Source: Xanthobacteraceae bacterium
Lineage (GTDB): Bacteria > Pseudomonadota > Alphaproteobacteria > Rhizobiales > Xanthobacteraceae
Assembly (NCBI GenBank): GCA_035948495.1
Contig: DASZJC010000593.1
Span: 1 to 32,634 of the forward strand
Length of the DNA: 32,634 nt
Direction of reading: 5' to 3'
Each line of letters begins with the position of its first letter. Within the stretch, counting starts at the first letter, position 1. The position numbers were made by a program, and so were the translations under genes. Of the stretch, positions 1 to 8,524 are shown piece by piece. The notes beneath the pieces were generated by a model. The model was not told the origin of the DNA. It worked only from the letters and a program-made list of their open reading frames with translations, and did no database searches.

Positions 1-123
1 ACCCACGCGGCCAACATCCTCGGCATCTCGATCCGCACCTTGCGCAACAAGCTCAACGAATATTCCGCCGACGGCCTGCCGATCCCGCCGCCCGGCGGCG
101 GCGAGGTGCGCAGCGTCGCATGA
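1..123 (+). CDS. flbD: 3' end of a sigma-54-dependent transcriptional activator (Fis-type HTH), FlbD-like; 5' part lies outside the window
   Basis: Frame 1 reads THAANILGISIRTLRNKLNEYSADGLPIPPPGGGEVRSVA, then TGA at 121-123. ILGISxRTLRNKL is the typical C-terminal HTH of NtrC-family activators. Its position directly upstream of flhA fits FlbD. Confidence 0.6.
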   Translation, partial: THAANILGISIRTLRNKLNEYSADGLPIPPPGGGEVRSVA

Positions 124-166
124 GCATCACGAGCCGGCATAGGCCTTCGCACATGGACGCGCCCGG

Positions 167-2287
167 ATGAGCGACACGGCGACGGCACAAGGCGCGACGT
201 TCAGGCTCGCCCGCCTGCGCCTCGGCGACATCGTCGACCTGCTCAAGCGCGGCGACATCGCGCTTGCCGTCGGGGTGATGACCATCCTGGTGGTGCTCAT
301 CCTGCCGCTGCCGCCGGTCCTGCTCGATCTTTTCCTCGCCGTCTCGATCATCCTCTCCGTGCTAATCCTGATGACGGCGCTGTTCATCCATGCGCCGCTC
401 GAGTTCTCATCGTTCCCAACGGTGCTGCTGATCGCCACCATGCTGCGCCTGGCGCTCAACCTCGCCTCGACGCGCCTCATCCTCGCCCACGGTCACGAAG
501 GTACCGCCGCCGCCGGCCACGTCATCCAGGCGTTCGGCAATTTCGTCATGAGCGGCAACTTCGTGATCGGCATCATCGTGTTCACCATCCTGGCGATCGT
601 CAATTTCGTGGTGATCACCAAGGGCTCGGGCCGCATCGCCGAGGTGGCGGCGCGGTTCAACCTCGACGCCATGCCGGGCAAGCAGATGGCGATCGACGCC
701 GATCTCTCGGCCGGGCTGGTCGACGAGAAGGAGGCGCGGCGGCGACGCAAGCAGCTTGAAGACGAGAGCGCGTTCTACGGCGCGATGGACGGCGCCTCGA
801 AATTCGTGCGCGGCGACGCGATCGCCGGCCTGCTCGTCGTTCTCATCAACATCATCGGCGGGATGATCGTCGGCATCGTGCAGCAGAGCATGGCGTTTAC
901 CGAGGCCGGGCACACCTACACGGTTCTCACCGTGGGCGACGGCCTGGTGACCCAGATCCCCGCCCTGATCGTCTCGACCGCGGCCGGTCTGCTGGTCTCC
1001 AAGGCCGGCGTCGCCGGCGCCGCCGACCAGGCGCTGCTGCGCCAGCTCTCGGGCTATCCCACGGCGCTCGGCATGTCGGCCGCCGCCATGCTGATCATGG
1101 CGCTGTTGCCCGGCATTCCCATGATTCCGTTCGTGCTGCTCGGCGGCGGTGCCGGGACGCTTGCCTACGTGATCGAGAAGCGCACGCGCGTGGAAGCCGC
1201 CGCCGCCGCGCGCAAGGCTGAAGCCGACGTCAAGGCGGCGCCCGCCGACGAGCCGATCGCGGCCGCGCTGAAGATCGACGATCTCAAGATCGAGCTGGGC
1301 TACGCGCTGCTGCCGCTGGTCAATTCGCCCGACGGGTCCGACCGGCTGACCGAGCAGATCAAGGCGCTGCGCCGGTCGCTCGCCGGCGAAATGGGCTTCG
1401 TCATGCCGGCGGTGCGCATCCTCGACAACGTGCAGCTCGAAGCCAACACCTATGTGATCAAGGTCAAGGAGGTCGAAGCCGGCACCGGCAAGATCTGGCC
1501 GGGCCAGTACATGGTGATGGACCCGAGCGGCGGCCAGGTGACGCTGCCGGGCATGCACACCGTCGAGCCTACGTTCGGGCTGCCCGCCACCTGGCTCGAT
1601 CCCATGCTCAAGGAGGAAGCGGCGATCAAGGGCTACACGGTGGTGGACGCCGCGACCGTGCTCTCGACCCATCTCACCGAAGTGCTCAAGGCCAACATGT
1701 CCGAGCTTCTGTCCTATGCCGAGGTGCACAAGCTCATGAAGGAACTGCCCAAGGAGCAGGGCGAGTTGGTCAAGGACATCGTGCCCTCGCAGATCACCAC
1801 CTCGGGCATCCAGCGCGTCCTGCAGATTCTCCTGGCGGAGCGCATTTCGATCCGCGACCTGAGCACCATTCTCGAAGGCATCGCCGACGCACTCGCCTAT
1901 ACGCGCAACCCGACCATGCTGGTCGAGCACGTGCGCGCGCGGCTGGCGCGGCAGATTTGCGCCCAGCACACGTCGCCGGCCGGCTACGTGCCGCTGATCG
2001 CGCTCTCGGCCAAGTGGGAACAGGCGTTCGCCGAGTCGATCGTCGGGCAGGGCGAGGAGCGCAGCCTCGCCATGCAGCCCTCCAAACTCTCCGAGTTCAT
2101 CGCCATGGTGCGCGAGCGGTTCGAGCAGGCCGCGCGCGAGGGCGAAGCGCCCGTGCTCGTGACCTCGCCCGGCATCCGTCCGTTCGTCCGCGGCATCGTC
2201 GAGCGGTTTCGGGCCCAGACTCCGGTCCTGTCCCAATCGGAAATTCACCCGCGGGCGCGGCTCAAGACCGTTGGCAGCATCACTTGA
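167..2287 (+). CDS. flhA: Flagellar type III export apparatus protein FlhA
   Basis: 706-aa ORF with an N-terminal multi-TM region (ALAVGVMTILVVLILPLPP), FHIPEP-type motifs (VITKGSGRIAEVAARFNLDAMPGKQMAIDADL) and a large cytoplasmic C-domain. ATG at 167. Confidence 0.95.
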   Translation: MSDTATAQGATFRLARLRLGDIVDLLKRGDIALAVGVMTILVVLILPLPPVLLDLFLAVSIILSVLILMTALFIHAPLEFSSFPTVLLIATMLRLALNLASTRLILAHGHEGTAAAGHVIQAFGNFVMSGNFVIGIIVFTILAIVNFVVITKGSGRIAEVAARFNLDAMPGKQMAIDADLSAGLVDEKEARRRRKQLEDESAFYGAMDGASKFVRGDAIAGLLVVLINIIGGMIVGIVQQSMAFTEAGHTYTVLTVGDGLVTQIPALIVSTAAGLLVSKAGVAGAADQALLRQLSGYPTALGMSAAAMLIMALLPGIPMIPFVLLGGGAGTLAYVIEKRTRVEAAAAARKAEADVKAAPADEPIAAALKIDDLKIELGYALLPLVNSPDGSDRLTEQIKALRRSLAGEMGFVMPAVRILDNVQLEANTYVIKVKEVEAGTGKIWPGQYMVMDPSGGQVTLPGMHTVEPTFGLPATWLDPMLKEEAAIKGYTVVDAATVLSTHLTEVLKANMSELLSYAEVHKLMKELPKEQGELVKDIVPSQITTSGIQRVLQILLAERISIRDLSTILEGIADALAYTRNPTMLVEHVRARLARQICAQHTSPAGYVPLIALSAKWEQAFAESIVGQGEERSLAMQPSKLSEFIAMVRERFEQAAREGEAPVLVTSPGIRPFVRGIVERFRAQTPVLSQSEIHPRARLKTVGSIT

Positions 2288-2479
2288 GGCGGCCATGGCG
2301 CCGGATTCCAACGGCTTGACGGCAACCCGGGAACCAAACGCGGGGTCCCGCCGTTGGCGTCGGCGCAAACCGCAAAGGGGGAGATCAGGGGACCGGGGAA
2401 CCGGATCATTGGACCGTCGCGGCGGTTTGAACCTTTCTGCCGCCCGCGGCGACCAACAGGCGAGATCGGGAGACCCGCC

Positions 2480-2692
2480 ATGAATCATTCGCTCGCGACC
2501 GCTGACCGCACCACCCATTTGAAGGTCGTTGTGGTGGCGCTTCTGGCCGCGATCGTCGTCGTGGCCGTGGGCATCACCGCGCGGGTCACCGCCATGGACA
2601 CCGAGACCGCGCGCATCCACACCCAGGGCGTCGTGGTCAAGGCCGGCGCGCCCGCCGCTTACACCCGGACCGAGACCCCGTCCATCCGCTGA
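2480..2692 (+). CDS. Small hypothetical single-pass membrane protein (70 aa)
   Basis: ATG at 2480 preceded by GGGAGA 6 nt upstream. One hydrophobic helix (LKVVVVALLAAIVVVAVGI). The longer 2354 start in the ORF track is a TTG with no RBS. No recognisable family. Confidence 0.4.
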   Translation: MNHSLATADRTTHLKVVVVALLAAIVVVAVGITARVTAMDTETARIHTQGVVVKAGAPAAYTRTETPSIR

Positions 2693-2714
2693 ATCTGACC
2701 TCCCCGAAGCCTTC

Positions 2715-2753
2715 AGAGCGGGATGACCTTTCTGCGAAAGGTTCTCCCGCTCT
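2715..2753. terminator. Nested hairpin between convergent genes (possible bidirectional terminator or REP)
   Basis: AGAGCGGGA (2715-2723) pairs with TCCCGCTCT (2745-2753), with an inner ACCTTTC/GAAAGGT stem. It lies between the stop of the small ORF (2692) and the anti-sigma stop (2758). No strong U-tract. Confidence 0.4.
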
Positions 2754-2757
2754 AATT

Positions 2758-3768
2758 CTATGGCGACGGGGCGGAAAAGGTCGGCGGTGTCGCCTGAATC
2801 AGTCTGCCGCTGTAGAGCACCGGCCCGGTCGGCGCGCCGGTCGGCGAGCCGCCTTCGGGCTCGACCGAGACCGCGTAGGTCGCCCGGTTGATGGTGACGG
2901 CGTCGTAGTTGGCAAGCTGCCCCCGCTGCGTGAACTCCTCGCTACCGATCAGGCCGAGCGAGCGCGGCGATTTGAACCGGTCCGAAACCAGCCACAGCTC
3001 GTAGGTCTTGCCGACCGGCCGCTCGGCCCGGACCGTGCGCACGGTCAAGGTGCGCTTCTCGAGATCGAACGTGAGCAGGAACGCTGGCGAGGCGGCGTCG
3101 CGCTGCAGCACCGCCACGTATTGGGCCGGTTTGGGCGAAGGCACTTCGACGGTCTTGACCACCTCGACTTGCGTCTCGACCACCCTGGGCTTGAGCGGGT
3201 CCGGCATCAGCTCGGGGCGCATTTCGCGCACCACCACGATGCCGGCGAACGCGGCTGCAAGCGCCGCGATGGCCACTGCGGTGCCGCGCCAGCGCCGCAC
3301 CCGCCGCGACAACGCGATGATCTCGGCCCTGGGCGCCGCTTCCCGTATGGGTGGCGGCGTCAGCGACGGCTCCGGGTGCGGCGGCGGTGCCGGCTCGATG
3401 GCAGGGGACTCGATTACCGGCGGTGCGGCCACCGGCGGCGCGGCCACCGGCGGCACGGCCATCGGCTCGACCATGAGCGGCGCGATCTCGGGCGCGGCTT
3501 CGGCGGCCGGCGGTTCCGCGGTGAGGACATCGGCAACCGGGTCGCCGCTCGCCTTGCGCGCCTTGATCCGGTCGAGGATCGCGGGCGGCGGCTCGACCGG
3601 CGTCACCAGCACGTTGAGTTCGCCGAGCCGCCGCTCCCAATCGCCGACGAGGGTCGCGAAGGCCGGGTCGGACGCGATCATCTGCTGCACCTGCGCCCGC
3701 TCGGCAAGGCCGAGCGTGCCGAGCACGTACTCGGCGGCGAGGACTTCCTTGTCCGGGTTCTCGATCAT
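2758..3768 (-). CDS. Membrane anti-sigma factor, RskA (anti-sigma-K) family
   Basis: N-terminal anti-sigma domain (LAAEYVLGTLGLAERAQVQQMIASDPAF...WERRL), Pro/Ala-rich linker, one TM (AVAIAALAAAFAGIVVV) and an RskA-like C-domain (KTYELWLVSDRFKSPRSLGLIG). ATG at 3768-3766 overlaps the sigma-factor stop as ATGA. Confidence 0.8.
   Translation of the reverse strand: MIENPDKEVLAAEYVLGTLGLAERAQVQQMIASDPAFATLVGDWERRLGELNVLVTPVEPPPAILDRIKARKASGDPVADVLTAEPPAAEAAPEIAPLMVEPMAVPPVAAPPVAAPPVIESPAIEPAPPPHPEPSLTPPPIREAAPRAEIIALSRRVRRWRGTAVAIAALAAAFAGIVVVREMRPELMPDPLKPRVVETQVEVVKTVEVPSPKPAQYVAVLQRDAASPAFLLTFDLEKRTLTVRTVRAERPVGKTYELWLVSDRFKSPRSLGLIGSEEFTQRGQLANYDAVTINRATYAVSVEPEGGSPTGAPTGPVLYSGRLIQATPPTFSAPSP
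3416..3460. repeat. Three tandem 15-nt units inside the anti-sigma linker
   Basis: ACCGGCGGTGCGGCC / ACCGGCGGCGCGGCC / ACCGGCGGCACGGCC, head to tail. They encode the reiterated AVPPVAAPPVAAPPV segment on the minus strand. Confidence 0.7.
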
Positions 3769-4331
3769 GATCCGAGGCACTCCCGAATCTGCAGCAGGCT
3801 GCGCCGCAGCCAGGTCTTCACCGTGTTGACCGGGGTCTCGAACTTTTCCGCCAACTGCTCCCGGCTCCAGCCGCTGTAATAGGCGAGCAGCACCAATCGG
3901 CGCCGCTCCTCCTCCAGGTCGCCGAGGCAGGCGAGCAGACGCCGCAGCTGGTCCGTCATCTCGTGCCGGGCGAGCGGGCTCGGTTCGTCCGATGCCGCCT
4001 CCGTGGCCTGCGTTTCCTCCTCGATCGAGGCTTCGCCCTTCTTGCGCACCACGTCGAGCGCCCGATTGCGCGCGATCGCGACCATCCAGGTGATCGGGGT
4101 CGCCCGGCTGGGATCGAACTCCCCGGCGCTGCGCCAGATGCGCAGATACGCATCCTGCATGACCTCGTCGGCGAGGTCGGCCCGTCGCAAGATACGCAGC
4201 ACGACGCCGTAGAGTTTCGAGCGGGTCGCCGCGTAGAGGCGGTCGAACGCCCCATCGTCGCCCTTGGCGACGGCGGCGAGCAGCTCAACCAGATCTGCCG
4301 GCGTCATAACCTCGGATTGAGCCCCCGGCAT
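3765..4331 (-). CDS. ECF (sigma-70 family group 4) RNA polymerase sigma factor
   Basis: Region 2 (DAYLRIWRSAGEFDPSRATPITWMVAIARNRALD) and region 4 (RRLVLLAYYSGWSREQLAEKFETPVNTVKTWLRRSL). Start is uncertain: ATG at 4331, ATG at 4307 or GTG at 4373. Translationally coupled to the anti-sigma gene. Confidence 0.85.
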   Translation of the reverse strand: MPGAQSEVMTPADLVELLAAVAKGDDGAFDRLYAATRSKLYGVVLRILRRADLADEVMQDAYLRIWRSAGEFDPSRATPITWMVAIARNRALDVVRKKGEASIEEETQATEAASDEPSPLARHEMTDQLRRLLACLGDLEEERRRLVLLAYYSGWSREQLAEKFETPVNTVKTWLRRSLLQIRECLGS

Positions 4332-4517
4332 TCCTGACCCCCAGCCAGCGCCGGCAAGGACCGGCGACCGCACAGATTAGCGACTCCGGGCCGGCTTGGA
4401 AAATGCGCCCCGCAGCGAAAACGTCCGTCGCGCGCATTATCGCCGGGCCGGGCGGGCCGCGTCGAGTCCGCCAGGGCGGTGGGAAACGGGATTTGGCAAC
4501 GAAGCGTGGCGGCGCGC

Positions 4518-4937
4518 TCAGGCGCCGATGCCGTCGCGGTGGCGCATCAGGCCGATGCGGTCGAGTTCCGCCTGCTCGCGCATTTCATCGCTGGCGCGCT
4601 CGCGCATCTGGTCGCGCTCGTCGAGCAATTCGACCTTCTTGAGCTCCTCGAACGCCTCGCCCAGCGCCGCGCGCGCGTCCTCGAGCTGACCCTTGAGCTC
4701 GTCGGCCGAACGCTTGAGATTGTCGCGCCGGTTCAACGCGGCCTTGGCGTAGGTCGGATAGGCGAAATGCGCGGGATCGTGGATCCCGGCGCGCTCCTGC
4801 TCGGCGAGGATCTCGCGGTCGAGATCGGCGGCCATGCGATCGAACTCGGCGATCATGCCTTCGATCTGCATGACCTTGCGGCGTTTCTCATCGACCTGAA
4901 ATTTCTTCAGGCGGATGAGCGTCTCACGCGACTTCAT
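4518..4937 (-). CDS. fliJ: Flagellar export chaperone-like protein FliJ (alphaproteobacterial type)
   Basis: 139-aa highly charged helical protein (MKSRETLIRLKKFQVDEKRRKV...). It lies 108 nt downstream of fliI on the same strand, the usual fliI-fliJ arrangement. Confidence 0.7.
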   Translation of the reverse strand: MKSRETLIRLKKFQVDEKRRKVMQIEGMIAEFDRMAADLDREILAEQERAGIHDPAHFAYPTYAKAALNRRDNLKRSADELKGQLEDARAALGEAFEELKKVELLDERDQMRERASDEMREQAELDRIGLMRHRDGIGA

Positions 4938-5045
4938 CGACTCGTACTCCCCGAAGCCTCGAGGGCCTGGTGCCTCGCCCTACCCAAAACAGTGCAGGTA
5001 ACATCGCACCGTCGCGGCACCGTGGTCGATCCTGCCATGACAACG

Positions 5046-6371
5046 TTAGTTTTCGGTTTCCATGGGCTTTAGGATTTGCCCGAGCCAGGCGTATCCCTGC
5101 GCGAGGCTCGTCGCCTCGTCCTTGCCCTGGGCGAGGAACCGCTCGAGCGGCTGGTGCAGCCGGATCGCTTCGTCGACCTCCGGGCTCGACCCCGCCCGAT
5201 AGGCGCCGAGCCGGATCAATTCCTCCATGTCGGCGTAGGTCGCCATGACTTGGCGGGCGCGATTGATGGTGGCGAGATGCGCCGGGTCCGCCGCGCGCGG
5301 CATGGTGCGGGACACCGACTTGAGGATGTTGATCGCCGGATAGCGGCCGCGTTCGGCGATGGCGCGCTCCATCACGATGTGGCCGTCGAGCGTGCTGCGC
5401 ACCGCGTCGGCCACGGGCTCGTTATGGTCGTCGCCGTCGACCAGCACGCTGAAAATGCCGGTGATCGTGCCCTGCTGGGAGCCCGGCCCGGCGCGCTCCA
5501 ACAGCCGCGGCAGTTCGGTGAACACGGTCGGCGTGTAGCCCTTGGCGGTGGGCGGCTCGCCGGCAGAGAGCCCGATCTCGCGCTGCGCCATGGCGAAGCG
5601 CGTCACCGAGTCCATCAGCACCAGCACGTCCTTGCCCTCGTCGCGGAAATATTCGGCGATGGCGAGGGTCAGATAGGCGGCCTGTCGGCGCATCAGCGCC
5701 GGCTCGTCGGAGGTCGACACCACGACCACGGACCGCGCGAGGCCGCTCGGCCCGAGATCGTCCTGCAGGAACTCCTGCACCTCGCGCCCGCGCTCGCCGA
5801 CGAGACCGATCACCGACACGTCGGCTACGACGTTGCGCGCCAGCATCGAGAGCAGCATCGACTTGCCGACGCCGGAGCCGGCAAAAATGCCCATGCGCTG
5901 GCCGCGACAGCAGGTGAGAAACGTGTTGAGCGCGCGCACGCCGAGATCGAGCGGCGCGCCCACTCTCCGGCGCGAATGGGCCGGCGGCGGCGAGTTGCGG
6001 AACGGCGTCGGCGACGGGCCGGGCGGCAGGGCGCCCCTGCCGTCGATCGGCTCGCCCATGGCGTTGACGACGCGGCCGAGCCATCCCGCCGACGGACGCA
6101 CCGCCGCCGGCACCGACGTCACCACGGCGCGGCAGCCGCGCCGCACCCCTTCGAGCGCCGCGAACGGCATCAGCAGCGCGTTGGCGCCGGTGAACCCGAC
6201 CACCTCGCACGGGATGACCGGTCCCGAGCCGGTCTCGATCACCACCCGGGCGCCGACCGACATGGCGTGGATCGGGCCTGCCACCTCGACCATCAGCCCG
6301 CGCACGCCGACGACGCGGCCATAGACCTCGATGCCGTCGAGTTCGGAAATCTGCTCGGCGAGCGCTTTCAT
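5046..6371 (-). CDS. fliI: Flagellum-specific ATPase FliI
   Basis: 441 aa with Walker A GSGVGKS, Walker [14 protein letters not shown] and F1/T3SS-ATPase signatures ([15 protein letters not shown]-like [21 protein letters not shown]). Confidence 0.95.
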   Translation of the reverse strand: MKALAEQISELDGIEVYGRVVGVRGLMVEVAGPIHAMSVGARVVIETGSGPVIPCEVVGFTGANALLMPFAALEGVRRGCRAVVTSVPAAVRPSAGWLGRVVNAMGEPIDGRGALPPGPSPTPFRNSPPPAHSRRRVGAPLDLGVRALNTFLTCCRGQRMGIFAGSGVGKSMLLSMLARNVVADVSVIGLVGERGREVQEFLQDDLGPSGLARSVVVVSTSDEPALMRRQAAYLTLAIAEYFRDEGKDVLVLMDSVTRFAMAQREIGLSAGEPPTAKGYTPTVFTELPRLLERAGPGSQQGTITGIFSVLVDGDDHNEPVADAVRSTLDGHIVMERAIAERGRYPAINILKSVSRTMPRAADPAHLATINRARQVMATYADMEELIRLGAYRAGSSPEVDEAIRLHQPLERFLAQGKDEATSLAQGYAWLGQILKPMETEN

Positions 6372-6413
6372 GGCCGCAAACCCGCGCCTGAATTGTTACC
6401 GGAGGGTTGGTCC

Positions 6414-6429
6414 TTAACCCGACATTTAC
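6414..6429. promoter_or_regulatory. Candidate full CtrA box (TTAA-N7-TTTAC) upstream of fliI
   Basis: TTAACCCGACATTTAC has one mismatch to the TTAA-N7-TTAAC consensus. It sits 43-58 nt upstream of the fliI ATG (6371). Confidence 0.4.
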
Positions 6430-6437
6430 CCGCTTCA

Positions 6438-6451
6438 TTAATCATTGGCCC
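6438..6451 (+). promoter_or_regulatory. TTAATCATTGGCCC motif (copy 1 of a repeated 14-mer)
   Basis: 13 of 14 positions identical to the 14-mer at 6642-6655, in the fliI-ctrA divergent region. Confidence 0.4.
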
Positions 6452-6509
6452 ACAGTCCTTGGGGGAAACGCGGCCTCGCCCTATCTGGACGGAAGGGGCG
6501 AGGTTGCGG

Positions 6510-6670
6510 GAGTCGGCTCCGGCTGACTCTTAACGTGACGCATGAACCGGAACGTGGCGAAAAACCCGATCTCGTACAACATTTTACGGCGATTCGTAGC
6601 CGATCGCCCAGAGAATGCTTGCACACGCGAATCAGGTTTTGTTAACCATTGGCCCGGTAGCGTGCGAATC
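6510..6670. promoter_or_regulatory. Cluster of five GANTC (CcrM-type methylation) sites in the ctrA upstream region
   Basis: GAGTC 6510-6514, GACTC 6525-6529, GATTC 6591-6595, GAATC 6629-6633 and GAATC 6666-6670, found by reading 6361-6780 directly. Confidence 0.5.
6642..6655 (+). promoter_or_regulatory. TTAACCATTGGCCC motif containing the CtrA 8-mer half-site TTAACCAT (copy 2)
   Basis: Exact TTAACCAT about 105 nt upstream of the ctrA ATG, flanked by GAATC sites at 6629 and 6666. A further TTAACC lies at 6693-6698. Confidence 0.5.
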
Positions 6671-6757
6671 ACTGGAAAAGCGTCCCAAGGCGTTAACCGG
6701 GGCCGCCGCTACGGCGCGCCGACCTGAGCCCCCACAAGGGCGAGGAAGGGGACTGGC

Positions 6758-7459
6758 ATGCGCGTCTTATTGATCGAGGACGACAGCGCCACGGCGCAAT
6801 CCATCGAGTTGATGCTCAAATCCGAGAGCTTCAACGTCTACACCACGGACCTCGGCGAAGAAGGTGTCGACCTCGGCAAGCTCTACGACTACGACATCAT
6901 CCTGCTCGACCTGAACCTGCCCGACATGTCGGGCTTCGAGGTCCTCCGCTCGCTGCGCGTCTCCAAGGTCAAGACCCCGATCCTCATCCTCTCCGGGCTT
7001 GCCGGCATCGAAGACAAGGTCAAGGGCCTCGGCTTCGGCGCCGACGACTACATGACCAAGCCGTTCCACAAGGACGAGCTGGTGGCGCGCATCCACGCGA
7101 TCGTGCGCCGCTCAAAGGGCCACGCCCAGTCGGTCATCCAGACCGGCGATCTCGTCGTCAACCTCGATACCAAGACGGTCGAGGTCAGTTCCCAGCGCGT
7201 GCATCTGACCGGCAAGGAATATCAGATGCTGGAGCTGTTGAGCCTGCGCAAGGGTACGACGCTCACCAAGGAAATGTTCCTCAACCACCTCTACGGCGGC
7301 ATGGACGAGCCCGAGCTCAAGATCATCGACGTGTTCATCTGCAAGCTGCGCAAGAAGCTCGCCAACGCCTCGAGCGGCAAGAACTACATCGAGACGGTAT
7401 GGGGCCGCGGTTATGTCCTGCGCGAGCCGACCGAGGACGAGGCACGCATCCCGGCCTGA
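6758..7459 (+). CDS. ctrA: Cell-cycle response regulator CtrA (OmpR family)
   Basis: 233 aa: [36 protein letters not shown]...[20 protein letters not shown]...[49 protein letters not shown]. This is a very characteristic CtrA sequence. GAGGAAGGGG RBS. Confidence 0.97.
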   Translation: MRVLLIEDDSATAQSIELMLKSESFNVYTTDLGEEGVDLGKLYDYDIILLDLNLPDMSGFEVLRSLRVSKVKTPILILSGLAGIEDKVKGLGFGADDYMTKPFHKDELVARIHAIVRRSKGHAQSVIQTGDLVVNLDTKTVEVSSQRVHLTGKEYQMLELLSLRKGTTLTKEMFLNHLYGGMDEPELKIIDVFICKLRKKLANASSGKNYIETVWGRGYVLREPTEDEARIPA

Positions 7460-7487
7460 CCCCGACGCGATTTGCTGAAATACCGGA

Positions 7488-7512
7488 CCCCGCCGCACGG
7501 CGGGGTTTTGTT
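7488..7512 (+). terminator. Rho-independent terminator of ctrA
   Basis: CCCCGCC-gcac-GGCGGGG hairpin followed by TTTTGTTT, 29 nt after the ctrA stop. Confidence 0.65.
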
Positions 7513-7552
7513 TGGGACGCTCGGCGTTCGTCATCGCCCGCGCGGGCGGGCG

Positions 7553-7604
7553 ATCCAGTAATCCGCGCCCGCTCAGAGAAATTCGACGCTTGGGATTACT
7601 GGAT
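7553..7604. repeat. REP/MITE-like element with a 12-bp perfect inverted repeat
   Basis: ATCCAGTAATCC (7553-7564) and GGATTACTGGAT (7593-7604) separated by 28 nt. Flanked by GC hairpins CGCCCGCGCGGGCG and CCCCGCtttccGCGGGG (7606-7622). Located in the ctrA/cheR convergent spacer. Confidence 0.6.
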
Positions 7605-7639
7605 GCCCCGCTTTCCGCGGGGCGCGACGACGAGTGGAA

Positions 7640-8524
7640 TTACCGCGCTGCCGCGAGGCTCGCCACGCGCGGTGCCATGGCGGCAATCTTGCCGGAGAAG
7701 CCGGCATTGACGGCCGCGGACCCGAGCGCATAAAGCCCGCGACGCTCGGGCACCGGCTTGAACGCATCGGTCAGCCCGACCACGGTCTCGGCCGCCCCGA
7801 GCACCAGGTACCCGTGCGGCGCGGTGCTGCGCGCGATGCGGTTGAGCACGCCGACCTTGGTGTCCTGGTCGAAGTAGATGAGGACGTTGCGGCAGAACAC
7901 CAGGTCGAATGAACCCAGATGGGAGAAATCGGACAGGAGGTTGAACGGCCGGTACTGCACCATGGCGCGGATATCGGCCGCGATCTGCCACATCTCGCCG
8001 ACCTGGGCGAAGTACTTGACCAGCATCTGGATCGGGAGCCCGCGCTGGACCTCGAACTGGGTGTAGAGCCCGCCCTTGGCCTTCTCCAGCACCGCGGTCG
8101 ACAAATCCGTGCCGAGGATATCGATCCGCCAGCCGGCGAGTCTCTCCTTCATCTCCTTGAGGCAAATGGCGAGCGAATAGGGCTCCTGGCCGGTGGACGC
8201 GGCCGCGCACCAGATGCGGATGCGCCGTTCGCCCGCGCGCGCCGCAAGCAGCGCCGGCATGACCGTGTCGCGGAAATGATCGAACGGAATCTTGTCGCGG
8301 AAGAAGAACGACTCGTTGGTGGTCATCGCATGGACCACGTCCGCGATCAGCCGGTCGCCGCCGTTCCTGAGCGTCGCCACAAGTTCGGCGAGGCTCGCGA
8401 GCCCCGCCTTGCGGGCGATCGGCGCGAGGCGGCTTTCGACCAGATATTGCTTGTCGCCGGCAAGCGCGAGGCCCGACTGGTCCTTGAGCAATTTGCACAG
8501 GAAGTCGTAGTCGAGGGGACTCAC
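7640..8524 (-). CDS. cheR: Chemotaxis protein methyltransferase CheR
   Basis: [17 protein letters not shown]...[15 protein letters not shown]...[18 protein letters not shown]...[17 protein letters not shown] at 8524-8522 overlaps the cheB stop (GTGA). The longer 8629 start would overlap cheB by more than 100 nt. Confidence 0.9.
   Translation of the reverse strand: MSPLDYDFLCKLLKDQSGLALAGDKQYLVESRLAPIARKAGLASLAELVATLRNGGDRLIADVVHAMTTNESFFFRDKIPFDHFRDTVMPALLAARAGERRIRIWCAAASTGQEPYSLAICLKEMKERLAGWRIDILGTDLSTAVLEKAKGGLYTQFEVQRGLPIQMLVKYFAQVGEMWQIAADIRAMVQYRPFNLLSDFSHLGSFDLVFCRNVLIYFDQDTKVGVLNRIARSTAPHGYLVLGAAETVVGLTDAFKPVPERRGLYALGSAAVNAGFSGKIAAMAPRVASLAAAR

Noticed and set aside
2288-2479. Small ORFs (2245-2481 minus, 2271-2483 plus) and a possible RNA element in the spacer after flhA.
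   Set aside because: The translations are Arg/Gly/Pro-rich with no RBS, and I saw no convincing conserved secondary structure. It is left as unexplained spacer.
407-2620. Very long antisense or out-of-frame ORFs: 407-2620 opposite flhA, 10665-13583 opposite cheA, 19121-21013 and 20884-22737 opposite the reductase genes, 29049-31019 opposite the Na/Pi gene, and 27277-29211.
   Set aside because: Their translations are Arg/Gly/Asp/His-rich low-complexity strings typical of shadow ORFs in high-GC DNA. Each lies opposite a gene with clear family signatures.
3416-3460. Tandem 15-mers considered as a possible mini CRISPR or other array.
   Set aside because: There are only three units with no spacers, and they lie entirely inside a CDS where they encode a Pro/Ala linker.
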